From a virus, in the IMG/VR virus record IMGVR_UViG_2842363717_000002, positions 14 to 64,013 of that record: a stretch of DNA of 64,000 bases; one strand, 5' to 3'. The translations under genes and the position numbers were made by a program. This document shows, one piece after another, positions 1 through 8,702 of the stretch. The first letter of the stretch is position 1. Every line of letters starts with the position of its first letter. A model generated the notes under the pieces. The model made no database searches and was not told the DNA's origin. It saw only the letters and a program-made list of their open reading frames with translations.

Positions 1-325
1 GTGGCTTTTTGCGGAATCGTCTCAGCCGCTGGTCGCTCAGACGGATCGGCGGGATGGCCATAAATTGTGTAGGCGGCGCCGGCCAGAATGCCCAGGACGA
101 GAAGAGCGATCACGTATAGCATCATTCCGCGAATTGCTGTTTTTGGGGTCTTGTCCATTGCGATCTCCAAGATCGAGCGCTTCTGGTTCCGAGACTGGAG
201 GTCTGTCGATGATCGCTATTCCCACAGCCGGGGTGCACTTCATCCATCCAGGCCGCAGAGCGGCGGGCGGCACAGATAAGCCGCCGGCCAGATGCCGACG
301 GCTGAGATAGGTGATGTTTGTCTGA

Positions 326-529
326 TTACCAGGGCTGGCGGCCGTACCAGTCGTCGATGTCTTTCTTCGTACGGTCTTTTTCGTAGCCGTAGCGCTCCTG
401 GATCTTGCCTTCGAGCTGATCACGCTTGCCAGCGATGACGTCAAGGTCATCGTCAGTGAGCTTGCCCCACTGCTCCTTTACCTTGCCCTTCATCTGCTTC
501 CAGTTACCTTCAACACGGTTCCAATCCAT
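326..529 (-). CDS. csbD: CsbD/YjbJ family stress protein (host)
   Basis: MDWNRVEGNWKQMKGKVKEQWGKLTDDDL...GKRDQLEGKIQERYG is the typical CsbD/YjbJ sequence. Confidence 0.9.
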   Translation of the reverse strand: MDWNRVEGNWKQMKGKVKEQWGKLTDDDLDVIAGKRDQLEGKIQERYGYEKDRTKKDIDDWYGRQPW

Positions 530-680
530 GGGTATTTCCTCCTATCGTTGGAATGGAGAAACGGAGACGAAGGTTAAGTGTTCCGATCCATAAATGGGCA
601 ACCCGAAAGATGCAGTCACCCGGGAACAATCAGATCCGGATCCGGTTTAACGTGCACCCTTGTCCCTAGCGGAGGCGACG

Positions 681-908
681 ATGTGGGCAATCCTGCTCGG
701 TGCGGCTCTCATAATTGGAGGGCTTCTTTTCCTCTTTCGGTCAGCCCTCGGTCGAAAGCCGAGTGACCTGCACCAGATGCCGCAAGGCGGCAGCACGCTG
801 GAACCACGGCGCCAGGGCCTCAGGTTCCTCGGAGTATCGCAAAATTGGCCAGCCTTGGCTGTTATCGCTGTTGGCGTGCTTCTATTGGCTTTTGGCGGAT
901 ATTCATGA
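681..908 (+). CDS. small membrane protein (host side)
   Basis: GGAGG at 671-675 before ATG 681; two hydrophobic segments. Confidence 0.5.
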   Translation: MWAILLGAALIIGGLLFLFRSALGRKPSDLHQMPQGGSTLEPRRQGLRFLGVSQNWPALAVIAVGVLLLAFGGYS

Positions 909-1048
909 CAACCGGCTGCTTGTGTCCGGGCCCGCCCGGTTGAACCAGGCGACAAGCAGAGCCATGAATCGGTCGAACAATCAAACCGGCCGTGCGACTT
1001 TCGGTCGTCGCAAAAGCCGCACGCAATACCACTATCTAATTGATTTTA

Positions 1049-1097
1049 TGGTGAGAGCGTCGGGGTTCGAACCCGAGACCTACTGATTAAAAGTCAG
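1049..1097 (-). repeat. att site: duplicated 3' half of tRNA-Lys(UUU)
   Basis: Reverse complement CTGACTTTTAATCAG TAGGTC TCGGGTTCGAACCCCGA CGCTCTCACCA = anticodon arm (TTT), T arm, acceptor and CCA; D arm and 5' acceptor strand absent. Confidence 0.85.
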
Positions 1098-1291
1098 GCT
1101 TTTATGTAATGTTTTCGGAATACTTAAAAACAAACCGCGTCTAATTATGCATACCAAAAATCAATAGGTTGCAAGTCGTTTGCAAACCAATGGCCGTCGC
1201 CACCAAATTCAGTTTGATGTCAGTTTGGGTCAACTGCCAGTGGCATTAGTGACTCATTAGCAACATCTAACCATCCTCAAAAATCACGATG

Positions 1292-1319
1292 TTGCGGCCC
1301 GCATCAAATCACCTATAGT
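1292..1319 (+). promoter_or_regulatory. sigma70-like promoter
   Basis: TTGCGG-N16-TATAGT; predicted start near 1326 coincides with the 5' end of a long hairpin. Confidence 0.45.
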
Positions 1320-1325
1320 GATTAC

Positions 1326-1495
1326 GGGCTTGATAACCCTGACCGTTTATAGGCGCGCCGGAGTGCGTGCTGAAACTGCGCGCAGCTTAGCGGCTAGCGC
1401 TCGCCTTGGCCTTACCGGCCGGGAGCGTTGCGTTATGTCCAGGGCTCCGGCCTAAAGGCGCTGCGGCTCGTCTAAACGGCGTGTTATCAACTCCC
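1326..1495 (+). ncRNA. putative structured RNA or 5' leader (about 170 nt)
   Basis: Nested helices TTGATAAC(1330-37)/GTTATCAA(1483-90), CCGTTTA(1343-49)/TAAACGG(1473-79), GCCGGAG(1357-63)/CTCCGGC(1445-51). Confidence 0.5.
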
Positions 1496-1531
1496 GGCTC
1501 GGCGCCGTCAGCCGGACATGAGGCAAATGAC

Positions 1532-1807
1532 ATGCTGCTAGCGCACCAGGAAGCGCCGACACGAAGACGGCGAATTTATCATGCAACTTGGAAATTCAAG
1601 ATCGGCCAGGCCGTGCTGGCCGCGGATATGCCGGCGATTGTTCTCGGCCGATCGCGCTCCGCCGGAGGCAAGGAACTGTATCATTTATGGATGACTGGCT
1701 CATGCAGCGGCCGGCCCCATAGAACCTTTGCCGCTGAATTTCTAGTCGTGAAAAATCACCATTGCTCTACCTATAATGTATTAGTAAATTCTGTTTTAGC
1801 GACATGA
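1532..1807 (+). CDS. hypothetical moron protein, paralog of 1834-2082
   Basis: GAGG upstream of ATG 1532; shares WKxKIG...AIVLGRSRS.G.E.Y with the next ORF. Confidence 0.6.
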   Translation: MLLAHQEAPTRRRRIYHATWKFKIGQAVLAADMPAIVLGRSRSAGGKELYHLWMTGSCSGRPHRTFAAEFLVVKNHHCSTYNVLVNSVLAT

Positions 1808-1833
1808 TGTCGCGATTTTGGACATCGACGTAA

Positions 1834-2082
1834 ATGAGCAGATGGAAGCATAAAATAGGAGACTGCGTAGATCATATATCAGGAGCGATGACAGCAATTG
1901 TCCTGGGAAGGAGCCGGTCAATAGCGGGCATCGAACACTACCAAGTCAGGATAGTGGATCTCACTGAGGCACGTCGATATAGGGAAATTCGCGGAGACAA
2001 GACTAGGAAGGTGACTTTCTATTCCGCGAATTGTGAAGACTGTCGGTTCCGGCGATCCGACAGATGCTGCAAGACTGGATAA
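1834..2082 (+). CDS. hypothetical moron protein with Cys-rich C-terminus
   Basis: ORF track; paralogy with the previous ORF; followed by a terminator. Confidence 0.65.
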   Translation: MSRWKHKIGDCVDHISGAMTAIVLGRSRSIAGIEHYQVRIVDLTEARRYREIRGDKTRKVTFYSANCEDCRFRRSDRCCKTG

Positions 2083-2083
2083 T

Positions 2084-2120
2084 AAAAAAGGGCGGCACCA
2101 GACCGCCCGTTTTTGTTTTT
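2084..2120. terminator. bidirectional intrinsic terminator
   Basis: A-tract, GGGCGG/CCGCCC stem, T-tract between convergent genes. Confidence 0.75.
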
Positions 2121-2355
2121 AGGGGTTGAGGATTGCGTCGGCGCAGCGTGACGGCCAGTCATAATAGCCGTCGTTGCCACCATTTTTCCCTATCCTCCGA
2201 CAGACATCCGCGCAACGCTGACGCTCTGCGAGGATAGCGATTGCTATCGCATCGCGCCTTATGGCCCAGCCTTGCGAACCACCAAGTGATGCACACCAGG
2301 TTTTACCGAGAGCCTCAGTAGCAGCACGCAAGACATCTTCCGGGATCTCAACCAT
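2119..2355 (-). CDS. phage hypothetical protein
   Basis: MVEIPEDVLRAA start overlaps the end of the kinase gene. Confidence 0.6.
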   Translation of the reverse strand: MVEIPEDVLRAATEALGKTWCASLGGSQGWAIRRDAIAIAILAERQRCADVCRRIGKNGGNDGYYDWPSRCADAILNP

Positions 2356-3061
2356 ACCGCCGCAGCGCCTCCTCCACCCTGCCGAACAGCATCTCCGGCG
2401 TGTTGTCGTTGGCGATGACGAGATCCTGATCGCCGCACCCGCGCTCAGATGCGTGCTCGCCGGCAATGCCGCCCCTGCCTTCGATCTTGAAGATGTCGCC
2501 GCCGAGCCGGCGGATGGCTTGGGCTTCATTCGGGAAGCGGCAGTCGTCACAGACGACGCGGCCAGCATCCGCGAACACCTGCTCGACGCGAGCGCGCCAC
2601 AGCCTGATCCAAAAGTCGTCGCCGATAAGGTTTCGACCAAGTTCGGTCCCCAGCACCTGCATCAGGTAGCGGGGCGTCTTGCCGCAAAGCATGTCGCAAG
2701 GCTCTTCCTTCAGGTCGCCTTCGATATGGCGCTCGGAAAGACCCATGGCGCGACAGGCGTCCTTCAGCGGGCCGGCGAACTTCACCAGCGTGTAGCCGTG
2801 GCGCTCGACGAGGTAACGCGTGGCGGTGGACTTGCCGCTACCTGCGACGCCAGTGAACGCGACGACAGGCGGCAGGTTATCGTTGGCGGGCGCATACTTG
2901 TCGAGAGAGCCGAATGTGGTGGTCACGAGCTCGCCGCCTAAGTCCACCTTCCCGATCGCGGCGCCGAGCGCGCGCAGCTCCTGCGGCACGTTATCGTTGG
3001 CATGCGGGACTGCCGTTAGATCGCCGGATTGCGTCCAGATTGGTGCTTGGTTCTCGGTCAT
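2348..3061 (-). CDS. deoxynucleoside monophosphate kinase (T4 gp1-like)
   Basis: P-loop VAFTGVAGSGKST, FAGPLKD, TPRYLMQVLGTELGR, DDCRFPNE; GGAGG RBS. Confidence 0.85.
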   Translation of the reverse strand: MTENQAPIWTQSGDLTAVPHANDNVPQELRALGAAIGKVDLGGELVTTTFGSLDKYAPANDNLPPVVAFTGVAGSGKSTATRYLVERHGYTLVKFAGPLKDACRAMGLSERHIEGDLKEEPCDMLCGKTPRYLMQVLGTELGRNLIGDDFWIRLWRARVEQVFADAGRVVCDDCRFPNEAQAIRRLGGDIFKIEGRGGIAGEHASERGCGDQDLVIANDNTPEMLFGRVEEALRRYG

Positions 3062-3363
3062 GCTTCCTCCTTGAATAGAATTTCTAATCTCTGGATTAGG
3101 TCGCTGGCGGTCGGATTGTCCGGCCAGAAGTATGGGTGCGGCGGATTCCGGATCGAGTCCATGGCGGCCGAAATTACCGCTTCGATGGCGGCGCGAGCAT
3201 GCGCCTCTTGTGATCGCCATCCAAGTCGATATCGTTTCCCGCGGTTGTCTTCGTGGTCGAATTGCTCCTCACCACTGAAGACATTGAACTGATGCAAGCA
3301 CTCCGGATTGACGCCCCTAGAAACACACATCGCCCGAGCCACCCGCTCAATCATCGAACTCAT
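3058..3363 (-). CDS. phage hypothetical protein
   Basis: ATGA-coupled ORF in operon. Confidence 0.7.
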   Translation of the reverse strand: MSSMIERVARAMCVSRGVNPECLHQFNVFSGEEQFDHEDNRGKRYRLGWRSQEAHARAAIEAVISAAMDSIRNPPHPYFWPDNPTASDLIQRLEILFKEEA

Positions 3364-3722
3364 ACCTTCTCCTCTTCTTTCACTGGCGCCTTCCGGCGCG
3401 GTTCACCTATCGACGGCGCCAATGGCTGGCCAGGCACCAGCAGCGCCCTCAGCGAGCCAAGACGGTCAGCGACAAGCGGCCGGAACCGGGTGGCGCGGAA
3501 TGGCTGATCGACATAGCCCCAGACTTGGCAGATGCCGCGGTCGATACCCTCGAGCCGGAGCCCGATATATTCTCCGTCGAGATAGTGGACGAACGGCCCG
3601 ACCCACCGGATTTTGTAAATGATGCCTTCCGTCAATTCGGAGGGCAGCGTGGTGTTGGCCGGCTGCTTGGCGTCGATGCAACCGACCTCTTGGCCGACGT
3701 AGAATTGGTGGATGTAGGTCAT
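3360..3722 (-). CDS. phage hypothetical protein
   Basis: ATGA-coupled ORF. Confidence 0.7.
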   Translation of the reverse strand: MTYIHQFYVGQEVGCIDAKQPANTTLPSELTEGIIYKIRWVGPFVHYLDGEYIGLRLEGIDRGICQVWGYVDQPFRATRFRPLVADRLGSLRALLVPGQPLAPSIGEPRRKAPVKEEEKV

Positions 3723-3946
3723 GCGGCCTCCTTCAAAGCCGCACGGCCAGCATCGGTGATTGCGAAGAACTGCCTGCTACCCGACCCGCCACGCGTCGCT
3801 GAGACTAGGCCAAGCGGCACGAGTTTCCTGAGAAGCGCGGCGGTGTTTTCGCCGAGATGGGCGGTCGCGAAGTTGCGATGGCTTGGGTAGTCATCGTGCC
3901 GCCGCGCTAACACGGAAAGGGCGTCACGTTGTCTGTGGGTTATCAT
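3719..3946 (-). CDS. small winged-helix-like hypothetical protein
   Basis: ATGA-coupled; ends FAITDAGRAALKEAA, a wHTH-like pattern. Confidence 0.6.
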   Translation of the reverse strand: MITHRQRDALSVLARRHDDYPSHRNFATAHLGENTAALLRKLVPLGLVSATRGGSGSRQFFAITDAGRAALKEAA

Positions 3947-4827
3947 GCCGCCCTCCTGGATCTACCCGTCAGTGCATCGAAAGTAGCCAAGAATTCGATC
4001 TCAGCCTTCTCTGGCGACCAGCACCGGATGTTGACGCCGAGCGGGTCGTTGTGCTTTGCCTGCCACTCCATCGGCGCAAGATTGGCGGCAATCTCGTCCG
4101 CAAGAATGCGGTTGTCCGCTTCGTGCACCTCGGCGGGGATATCCAGCGGCAAGCCGAAGCGAGGCGCAACAGCCTTCCGCCAGATGCCGTCTTCCGTCTC
4201 ACCGATGGTTGGCGCCCTGCCCTTCACCGGCCGCCCGACGTCTCCGAATCCGGATAGCGCCTCTGGTGCATCATGCAGAAGCCCGGCCAGCGCCACCTCT
4301 GGAGCGTAGCGTGCGGCAAGGTATCGGGCGATCAACGTGCTGTGTTCTGCCACGCTGAAGTGCTTGTCGCAGGCGCCGGAGTAGCGGCAGATGTTCGACA
4401 AGCCGTGAGCGATGCTCTCGATGAACACGTCTTCCGGCCTTGGATCGAACGGGAAGAACTTGCGCGCAGGGTAGACCTGGATGAACGGACCGCGCAGCAT
4501 CTCCTTGACGGCTGGCTGAAGCTCCGGCGGGATGTCGAATCCGCCTTTGCTGCTGTCCGCGATAACTGAACGACGCAGGCCGATATACTGGCCGCGGGGC
4601 GCAAGGCCGCCACTGGCCATTTCATGGGGAGCGGCGTGGACGATCGTGGTGGGCGGCGCGCTGCGCAACGAGCTGATGAGGTCTCCGACGGTGAAGCCAT
4701 CATATCCCCGGAATTCCGGCTGCGGAATGTTATCGTTCGCCGGCACATACTTCGGCGCCGGCATGGGCTGCGCGCCCATACCGGGAACCATGACCGGCTC
4801 GTTATACTGTTTTTGCGGAAAGGTCAT
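3943..4827 (-). CDS. HD-domain phosphohydrolase (5'-deoxynucleotidase-like)
   Basis: IAHGLSNICRY, HFSVAEHS, LLHDAPEA, VHEAD motifs. Confidence 0.85.
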   Translation of the reverse strand: MTFPQKQYNEPVMVPGMGAQPMPAPKYVPANDNIPQPEFRGYDGFTVGDLISSLRSAPPTTIVHAAPHEMASGGLAPRGQYIGLRRSVIADSSKGGFDIPPELQPAVKEMLRGPFIQVYPARKFFPFDPRPEDVFIESIAHGLSNICRYSGACDKHFSVAEHSTLIARYLAARYAPEVALAGLLHDAPEALSGFGDVGRPVKGRAPTIGETEDGIWRKAVAPRFGLPLDIPAEVHEADNRILADEIAANLAPMEWQAKHNDPLGVNIRCWSPEKAEIEFLATFDALTGRSRRAA

Positions 4828-5543
4828 GCCGGTCTCCTCATGTCTTCGATGTGCGGTCCTTTGATCTCAATCGTCGAGACCGGTCCGCCAGGCACGTCGT
4901 CATCGAAAACGCCGACAACCAATCTGCCGGTGTACCAAGCCAGCGTGTCGAAGTTGCTGCGGCCAGCAAATAGCATCGGGCCTTCCTCGTGCTGGTGGTG
5001 GCCATGCACGACATGCAGATCAACCCCGCCAAACGCGTAGCCATCTTCCGCACCATCCGGATAGAGCATCCATGTGTTCTTCTGCTCATCCTGCTGGTCG
5101 AGCGGAACGCCAGCCTCAACGCCGGCATGGACGAACAGGCGCTTGCCGTCGTTGTGCATGACCGGCAGATCACGCATCCACTCAATATGCTCGAGCGGCA
5201 CGCGCGCTGTCGCGGCGACGGCATCTTCTCCGGCCTTGGCGCCGTAAGACATGAGCGTCGCGCCGCCGCCGTTCGGAAGCCACCAATGGAGCATGCCTAG
5301 GCAACCGGCCATCATGATTTCTTCGTGGTTGCCGCGCAGGCAGATCCATTTCCAGCCGGGTGTCTGCGGCCCGTCCATGAGGGTTTCTATGATTTGCCGA
5401 CTGGCTGGGCCGCGATCGACGTAGTCACCGGTGAAGACGACCGTGCCGGCCGAGTGGTTTCCTTCTTCGATGCGGGCGATAGCCGCAACGAGCAGGTCGT
5501 GCCGGCCGTGCAGGTCGGCGATGCTGTAGGTTTTGGTCATCAA
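4824..5543 (-). CDS. metallophosphoesterase (lambda NinI-like Ser/Thr phosphatase)
   Basis: DLHG, GDYVDRG, GNHE, FVHAG, VHGH. Confidence 0.9.
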   Translation of the reverse strand: MMTKTYSIADLHGRHDLLVAAIARIEEGNHSAGTVVFTGDYVDRGPASRQIIETLMDGPQTPGWKWICLRGNHEEIMMAGCLGMLHWWLPNGGGATLMSYGAKAGEDAVAATARVPLEHIEWMRDLPVMHNDGKRLFVHAGVEAGVPLDQQDEQKNTWMLYPDGAEDGYAFGGVDLHVVHGHHQHEEGPMLFAGRSNFDTLAWYTGRLVVGVFDDDVPGGPVSTIEIKGPHIEDMRRPA

Positions 5544-5944
5544 AACGCCTTCCCGCCAGCTGCGCGCCGGTTCTCAATGCGGTGATCTTCGCGGCTGGCG
5601 TTGTAGGCCATCTTTTCGACGATCGCGCCGCCCAGGTCGTAACCGCGGTAAGCCGCAAAGTCGCCGACGCGGATCATGATGTCGGCAAGCTCCACCTCGG
5701 CCATCGGGCGATGCGGCAGCTTGTCGTCCATCAGCACCTTGCCGCCGGTGGACTTGCGCTCACCTTCCATCGCTTCCGCAACCTCGGAGACAATCAGCAT
5801 CAGCATTTCGCCGAGGTTCCGCGCCTTCTCGCGGCCGGTGGCGAGATCCGTGTACCAGCCGGCTTTGCGGCTTGCTGCGTGGCAGTCGGCGGCGAACAGG
5901 TTGATGGCGGATGCGTGGGAGTAGTTGTCGTTTGCCGCGATCAT
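5540..5944 (-). CDS. MazG-like nucleotide pyrophosphohydrolase
   Basis: LIVSEVAEAMEG...EVELADIMIR...EKMAYN. Confidence 0.8.
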   Translation of the reverse strand: MIAANDNYSHASAINLFAADCHAASRKAGWYTDLATGREKARNLGEMLMLIVSEVAEAMEGERKSTGGKVLMDDKLPHRPMAEVELADIMIRVGDFAAYRGYDLGGAIVEKMAYNASREDHRIENRRAAGGKAF

Positions 5945-6321
5945 GCTCGCACCTCCAGAGCGGTCCGAAAAGGATTGGCGTTAACGAGGATATCGCCAAA
6001 CTTGGCTACCACCGCAGCATGGTCTTCCGCATCCATGACAAACAGAAATGTGCCGCCAAGGAAGTTGCCGCGGTCATCGCGCGGGCCGTTCAGGAAGTTC
6101 TTCTGAACAAGACCATACCGAACGCCGACTCGCTCATCCTGCGTTTGTTGGCCGACGCAGTTTTCGCCGACATGAGTCCACTTGCGCTGCTTGAGGGCGG
6201 CCTCAATCTCAGCCAGATCGGGCACTCGCGAAAGCTCAACGGCGTGCCTATAGTCCCTGCTCATGTTCTCGCAGGCACTTACCTCGTCACGGCTCAATAT
6301 GCCGTCGTATACCAATCTCAT
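5941..6321 (-). CDS. phage hypothetical protein
   Basis: Start MRLVYDG follows the CCACCAC-GAGGAG motif. Confidence 0.65.
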   Translation of the reverse strand: MRLVYDGILSRDEVSACENMSRDYRHAVELSRVPDLAEIEAALKQRKWTHVGENCVGQQTQDERVGVRYGLVQKNFLNGPRDDRGNFLGGTFLFVMDAEDHAAVVAKFGDILVNANPFRTALEVRA

Positions 6322-6379
6322 TCTCTTCTCCTCTTCGTGGTGGTTGCCACCGACTTGGTGGGCCGGCGGCAGGTTGTGG

Positions 6380-6634
6380 TTAGGCTGCCGCTTTAAGGTA
6401 TGGTCTGGTAAAGTCACGCTCGACTGTCACGGTGGTAAATCCTCTTGCAATCAAAATCCCCTGGATGAAACCAAGCCATCTGTGCGCCTTGGTTTCATCC
6501 GAGAAAGTCTGCAACTCGCGCAACATCCACCGCAGGTGAGGAGGGCTTGTGCCTGGATCTGGCTGGCACTCGATATAGGCTGAGATGCGACGCAGCATTC
6601 CGTCGTATCGCGCGATAATGTCGTTGTGGATCAA
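6380..6634 (-). CDS. phage hypothetical protein
   Basis: Coupled ORF; KAHRWLGFIQG motif. Confidence 0.7.
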   Translation of the reverse strand: MIHNDIIARYDGMLRRISAYIECQPDPGTSPPHLRWMLRELQTFSDETKAHRWLGFIQGILIARGFTTVTVERDFTRPYLKAAA

Positions 6635-7884
6635 GCCACCCTCCTCTGCTCTGCCGGCGCGTTGTCGTTCGCAGCATCGAGCATGGCGACCCGCACGCGC
6701 GAGATCTCGCCATATGACCGGTGATAGGTGATCGTCTGCAACGAGCGGCCGGACAGGAAGCCTGACCCGAAATGCCAGGCATCTTGCGGGATCGGCGCCT
6801 GATGGGACTCCATGATCACGCCGCCGCCTTCGGTCGCGAATTTCGACTTGTGGTGGACGTGGAATCCGTGGGCATACCGGAACATCGACGCTCCCCAGTC
6901 CTCAGCCCTGCGGTGCGCCATGATTCCCGGCATGTCCTGCAGCTTCGCCTCGTGTCCGTGGGTGGCGGAAATCATCACCTTGCCGTAGCGGCGATGGAAG
7001 AACAAAGACTTGTCCAGATCGACGATAACGCGCGGCTCGTTGCGATACCAAGCGTGAAGGAACCAAGCGATTGCTGGAGCCGTCTCCTCGTCGTGGTTTC
7101 CTTTGAGATTGCGAACCTCCACTATGGCATTATTGCGAAGAGCCGCATCAATAGTCCGGACCAACAGGCGGCCGGCGGTCTCCGTGACCTTGGTGTGCCT
7201 GCCGTCGACGTCGAGAACGTTCTTGGATCTAGATGTCCGGTTCTCGTTGTTGTCGGCATGTGTCAGGTCGCCGCCGCCAAGCACGATTGCTACACCGCTA
7301 GCCGGGGAGCGCGCTATTGCTTCCTCGATACCACGACCGATAACGCGCTCCGCAATCTTCAGATCCCAATTCTCGTCGGTCTCTTGGCTCCATGCGAACA
7401 TCCCAACGTGCCAGTCATTGCAAGGTATGAGCGTGACTAGTTCGTCCTGAACGTTTTCGGGTGCTGGCGTTGGGATAGCGGCAGGCTCATAATCAGCGAA
7501 CGCAGCCTTGAGCGTTTCGGCAATGTCGATCGCCGACGGCTCAATCCGCGTCTTCACCCACTGCTGAATCGTCCGTCCATCGGCGTCGACCAACGCCGAA
7601 ACGCCCTTTATGGTGTGCCCGACAGGCATCTCCCATTCCGGCCCTCGCTCCGGCTTCTGCTGGATGAAATCGCCGTTCGGCGTGCTCGTCACCTGGCTGA
7701 TGCGGAACCCCGGCAGCACCGGCTTAGTGCCAAGCATGCCGCGCTCTGCGGCCGCTTTCAGCCTCGAGCAAAACGTGTTGCGCGGCAGGCGGAGCAATTC
7801 GGCCGCCTGCGACTTGTTGCCGAGCGCAATGAACGCGTCGGCGGCTTCCTTGGCGAGATCGTCTGGGAGTCTGGGCGTTGGCAT
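6631..7884 (-). CDS. N-terminal HTH plus calcineurin-like phosphoesterase
   Basis: NDWH, GGDLTHAD, GNHD, HGHE, HVHH; ends AANDNAPAEQRRVA. Confidence 0.75.
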   Translation of the reverse strand: MPTPRLPDDLAKEAADAFIALGNKSQAAELLRLPRNTFCSRLKAAAERGMLGTKPVLPGFRISQVTSTPNGDFIQQKPERGPEWEMPVGHTIKGVSALVDADGRTIQQWVKTRIEPSAIDIAETLKAAFADYEPAAIPTPAPENVQDELVTLIPCNDWHVGMFAWSQETDENWDLKIAERVIGRGIEEAIARSPASGVAIVLGGGDLTHADNNENRTSRSKNVLDVDGRHTKVTETAGRLLVRTIDAALRNNAIVEVRNLKGNHDEETAPAIAWFLHAWYRNEPRVIVDLDKSLFFHRRYGKVMISATHGHEAKLQDMPGIMAHRRAEDWGASMFRYAHGFHVHHKSKFATEGGGVIMESHQAPIPQDAWHFGSGFLSGRSLQTITYHRSYGEISRVRVAMLDAANDNAPAEQRRVA

Positions 7885-8004
7885 TAGGATTCCTTACGGT
7901 TGGACATGAAGAAGCTGGTGCGCTTGAATGCGGCCATGCCCATTTCGTTGATTGCTGCCGTTACGGCCTTTGCAAGGACGGCTCGCAGTGTTTCGTCGTC
8001 CATA

Positions 8005-8442
8005 TTAACCTCCAATTATCGCCTGCGGCTCAGCCCGCTTCGGCTCTTCCCGCCCGCCGGTGCCTTCTTCGGCAAATCCCGGGCTTCCGGTCTCGCCCTG
8101 CCGCATGCCGACAGATCCGCCGTTGCCTTCAGCGCCGTCCATGGCGTTCTGCAGGTTGTTGGCCGTGGCGGTGGTGTAAGGCAGCTTGTAGTAACGCGGC
8201 GCGCCGTTGCCGCCGTCGAGCAGCACATAGATCGCCTCGTTGACGTCGATGCGCGCGCCCAGCACGGTGTAGTGGCCAGCTGGCGGCGCGGTGATGGCCG
8301 GGTGGCCGAGTGGGAGGAGCGTGGCTGGCGCCAAGATGGCGGCGACGACCGTGAGGCACAGGGCCTGCCGCTTCGTGCCGAACCATGCGACGGCGCTGGC
8401 GGCCAGCACGAAGGCTAGCCATAGGGTGATGGCGGGGCTCAT
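8005..8442 (-). CDS. membrane-anchored protein of the MotA/TolQ-like module
   Basis: Two N-terminal TM segments then a soluble domain; ATGA-coupled to the upstream ORF. Confidence 0.65.
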   Translation of the reverse strand: MSPAITLWLAFVLAASAVAWFGTKRQALCLTVVAAILAPATLLPLGHPAITAPPAGHYTVLGARIDVNEAIYVLLDGGNGAPRYYKLPYTTATANNLQNAMDGAEGNGGSVGMRQGETGSPGFAEEGTGGREEPKRAEPQAIIGG

Positions 8443-8702
8443 GGGCGGCGCGCCTTGAACACAATGGTGCTTGTGTCGATGCCACATGCACGAAAAGCTT
8501 TCCGGTAAAGCCATCCGACAAAGATCAGGACTCCCACGATGAGGTTGAGCGGGCCGGCCAACGCCAAGAGCGAAAAGAAGCCGATGTCGCCGATATCAAC
8601 ATCAAGCGGCGAAGAGCCTCTCCTCCATAGAAATTCTACGGCCAGCATCGACCCCATAGCGCCACTAAAAATCCATGCAGTAACTGTAACGAATATTTCC
8701 AT
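8439..8702 (-). CDS. small 2-TM membrane protein
   Basis: Hydrophobic 87 aa ORF coupled to its neighbours. Confidence 0.65.
   Translation of the reverse strand: MEIFVTVTAWIFSGAMGSMLAVEFLWRRGSSPLDVDIGDIGFFSLLALAGPLNLIVGVLIFVGWLYRKAFRACGIDTSTIVFKARRP

Noticed and set aside
1049-1097. Functional tRNA-Lys gene
   Set aside because: 5' acceptor strand and D arm missing; best explained as the att duplicate.
1326-1495. Retron msr-msd
   Set aside because: No reverse transcriptase nearby; flanking ORFs are under 100 aa.
3943-5944. HD hydrolase plus MazG-like pair as a 2-aminoadenine (dZ) genome pathway
   Set aside because: No PurZ/adenylosuccinate synthetase homolog and no phage DNA polymerase in the window.
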